Shown here piece after piece: positions 31,264 through 32,000 of a stretch of DNA of 32,000 bases. The notes beneath the pieces are model-generated. The model made no database searches. It was not told the DNA's origin and worked only from the letters and a program-made list of their open reading frames with translations. Position numbers and translations under genes: made by a program. How positions within the stretch are numbered: position 1 is the first letter of the stretch; each line of letters starts with the position of its first letter. Origin of the DNA: Candidatus Peribacter riflensis (lineage in GTDB: Bacteria; Patescibacteriota; Gracilibacteria; Peribacterales; Peribacteraceae); NCBI GenBank assembly GCA_001430755.1, contig CP013062.1:900001-932000 (forward strand). Direction: 5' to 3'.

Positions 31264-32000
31264 ATGAAATCCGCGAGGCTCAAGATGATGCGCTGGCTCC
31301 CGGAGGGACTGCTGCTCGCTGCGTTCCTGTACTTCGCGTTGCGAGAACTCGGCACGTTCCCGGCTGCATGGGCGGATGACAGCCTCTTCATGCTCGTGGC
31401 GAAGTCGGTCGCGCAGGGGCGCGGGTACGCGCTGCCCATCCTCGGATACGACTGGGCGCATCCCACCATCCTCGCCGTCGGGCCCACGCTCATCTACCCG
31501 GTCGCGCTTGCCATCAAGCTCTTCGGTTTCTCCGTCGCAGCAGCCAGAATTCCCATGACGCTGTTCCTGCTCGGCACAACGGTAGTGACCTACCTCTACG
31601 TTGTGCGCACGTTCAATCGCACTGCCGCCCGGTGGACTGCTGCCCTCTTCATCTCGTTCTCCGCATTCATCAACACAGGAAAACCTGTCCTCGGGGAAAT
31701 TCCGGGGTTCTTCTTCCTCATGCTGGGGCTCTTGCTCATGCAGCGCGGAAGCATGTCTCTGCGCTCCGCCGTGATGACTGGCATCGCATTCGGGCTCGCC
31801 GTGATGACGAAACTTCCCTTCGGGCTCATTCTGCCCGCTCTTGCTGTGGCATGGATTGTCGCCGCATTCAGACGCAATAGAGATGAAAAACGATTCCTCC
31901 TTGTAGCAACAGTGAGCACTGCAGGCGTCGCGCTCATCGGATCGTACTGGATGGGTATTCTCGAACCGGGATTCCTGGATGAGATACGCATCTTTCTCTT
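31264..32000 (+). CDS. Second GT-C fold (ArnT/GT39-like) membrane glycosyltransferase; 5' part only, continues past the window end
   Basis: Stop-free frame from the ATG at 31264 to base 32000 (over 245 codons): MKSARLKMMRWLPEGLLLAAFLYFALRELGTFPAAWADDSLFMLVAKSVAQGRGY...GPTLIYPVALAIKLFG...MTKLPFG. It is not in the ORF track because no stop falls inside the window. Confidence 0.75.
   Translation, partial: MKSARLKMMRWLPEGLLLAAFLYFALRELGTFPAAWADDSLFMLVAKSVAQGRGYALPILGYDWAHPTILAVGPTLIYPVALAIKLFGFSVAAARIPMTLFLLGTTVVTYLYVVRTFNRTAARWTAALFISFSAFINTGKPVLGEIPGFFFLMLGLLLMQRGSMSLRSAVMTGIAFGLAVMTKLPFGLILPALAVAWIVAAFRRNRDEKRFLLVATVSTAGVALIGSYWMGILEPGFLDEIRIFL

Overview
Visibly GC-rich, tightly packed bacterial chromosomal segment. 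It uses the standard code: UGA acts as a stop, and an RF2 gene carries its UGA frameshift site. I support about 40 protein genes, one tRNA, several short repeats and a few promoter or terminator candidates. Content by region: (i) WecG/TagA-like transferase, a DsbA-like lipoprotein, and a minus-strand run of flavodoxin, two-subunit 2-oxoacid:ferredoxin oxidoreductase, an unknown protein, trmD and a DUF167 gene. (ii) A NIF3-like gene, infC-rpmI-rplT, two PilO/PilN-like membrane proteins, and prfB with the programmed +1 frameshift. (iii) A 56-aa bacterial histone-fold gene, an APC permease and tRNA-Ser(CGA). (iv) An SGNH-like protein, an SxtK/DUF5989-like peptide, an SxtJ-like protein and a carbamoyltransferase, followed by an ATP-grasp enzyme. 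(v) arfB-like, rpmB and an M50 protease. (vi) Two envelope-glycan clusters: GT47-like, GT4, two methyltransferases and an orphan GT-A-like protein; then cupin, DegT aminotransferase, ArnC-like GT2 and ArnT/GT39-like GT-C, plus a second GT-C running off the window. I saw no transposase, integrase, CRISPR array or rRNA. Most interesting observations: a two-copy ~166-nt intergenic element with compensatory base changes, which I cannot assign to any RNA family I know; the histone-fold gene; the functionally uncharacterised SxtI/J/K-type carbamoylation cassette; a possible precursor-peptide ORF coupled to the ATP-grasp gene; G-rich telomere-like and heptamer repeats at cistron junctions; in-frame 9-bp repeats inside conserved enzymes; and recurrent -10 boxes 6-12 nt upstream of start codons, suggesting leaderless or very short-leader mRNAs. 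All family calls come from reading motifs by eye; no database search was run.
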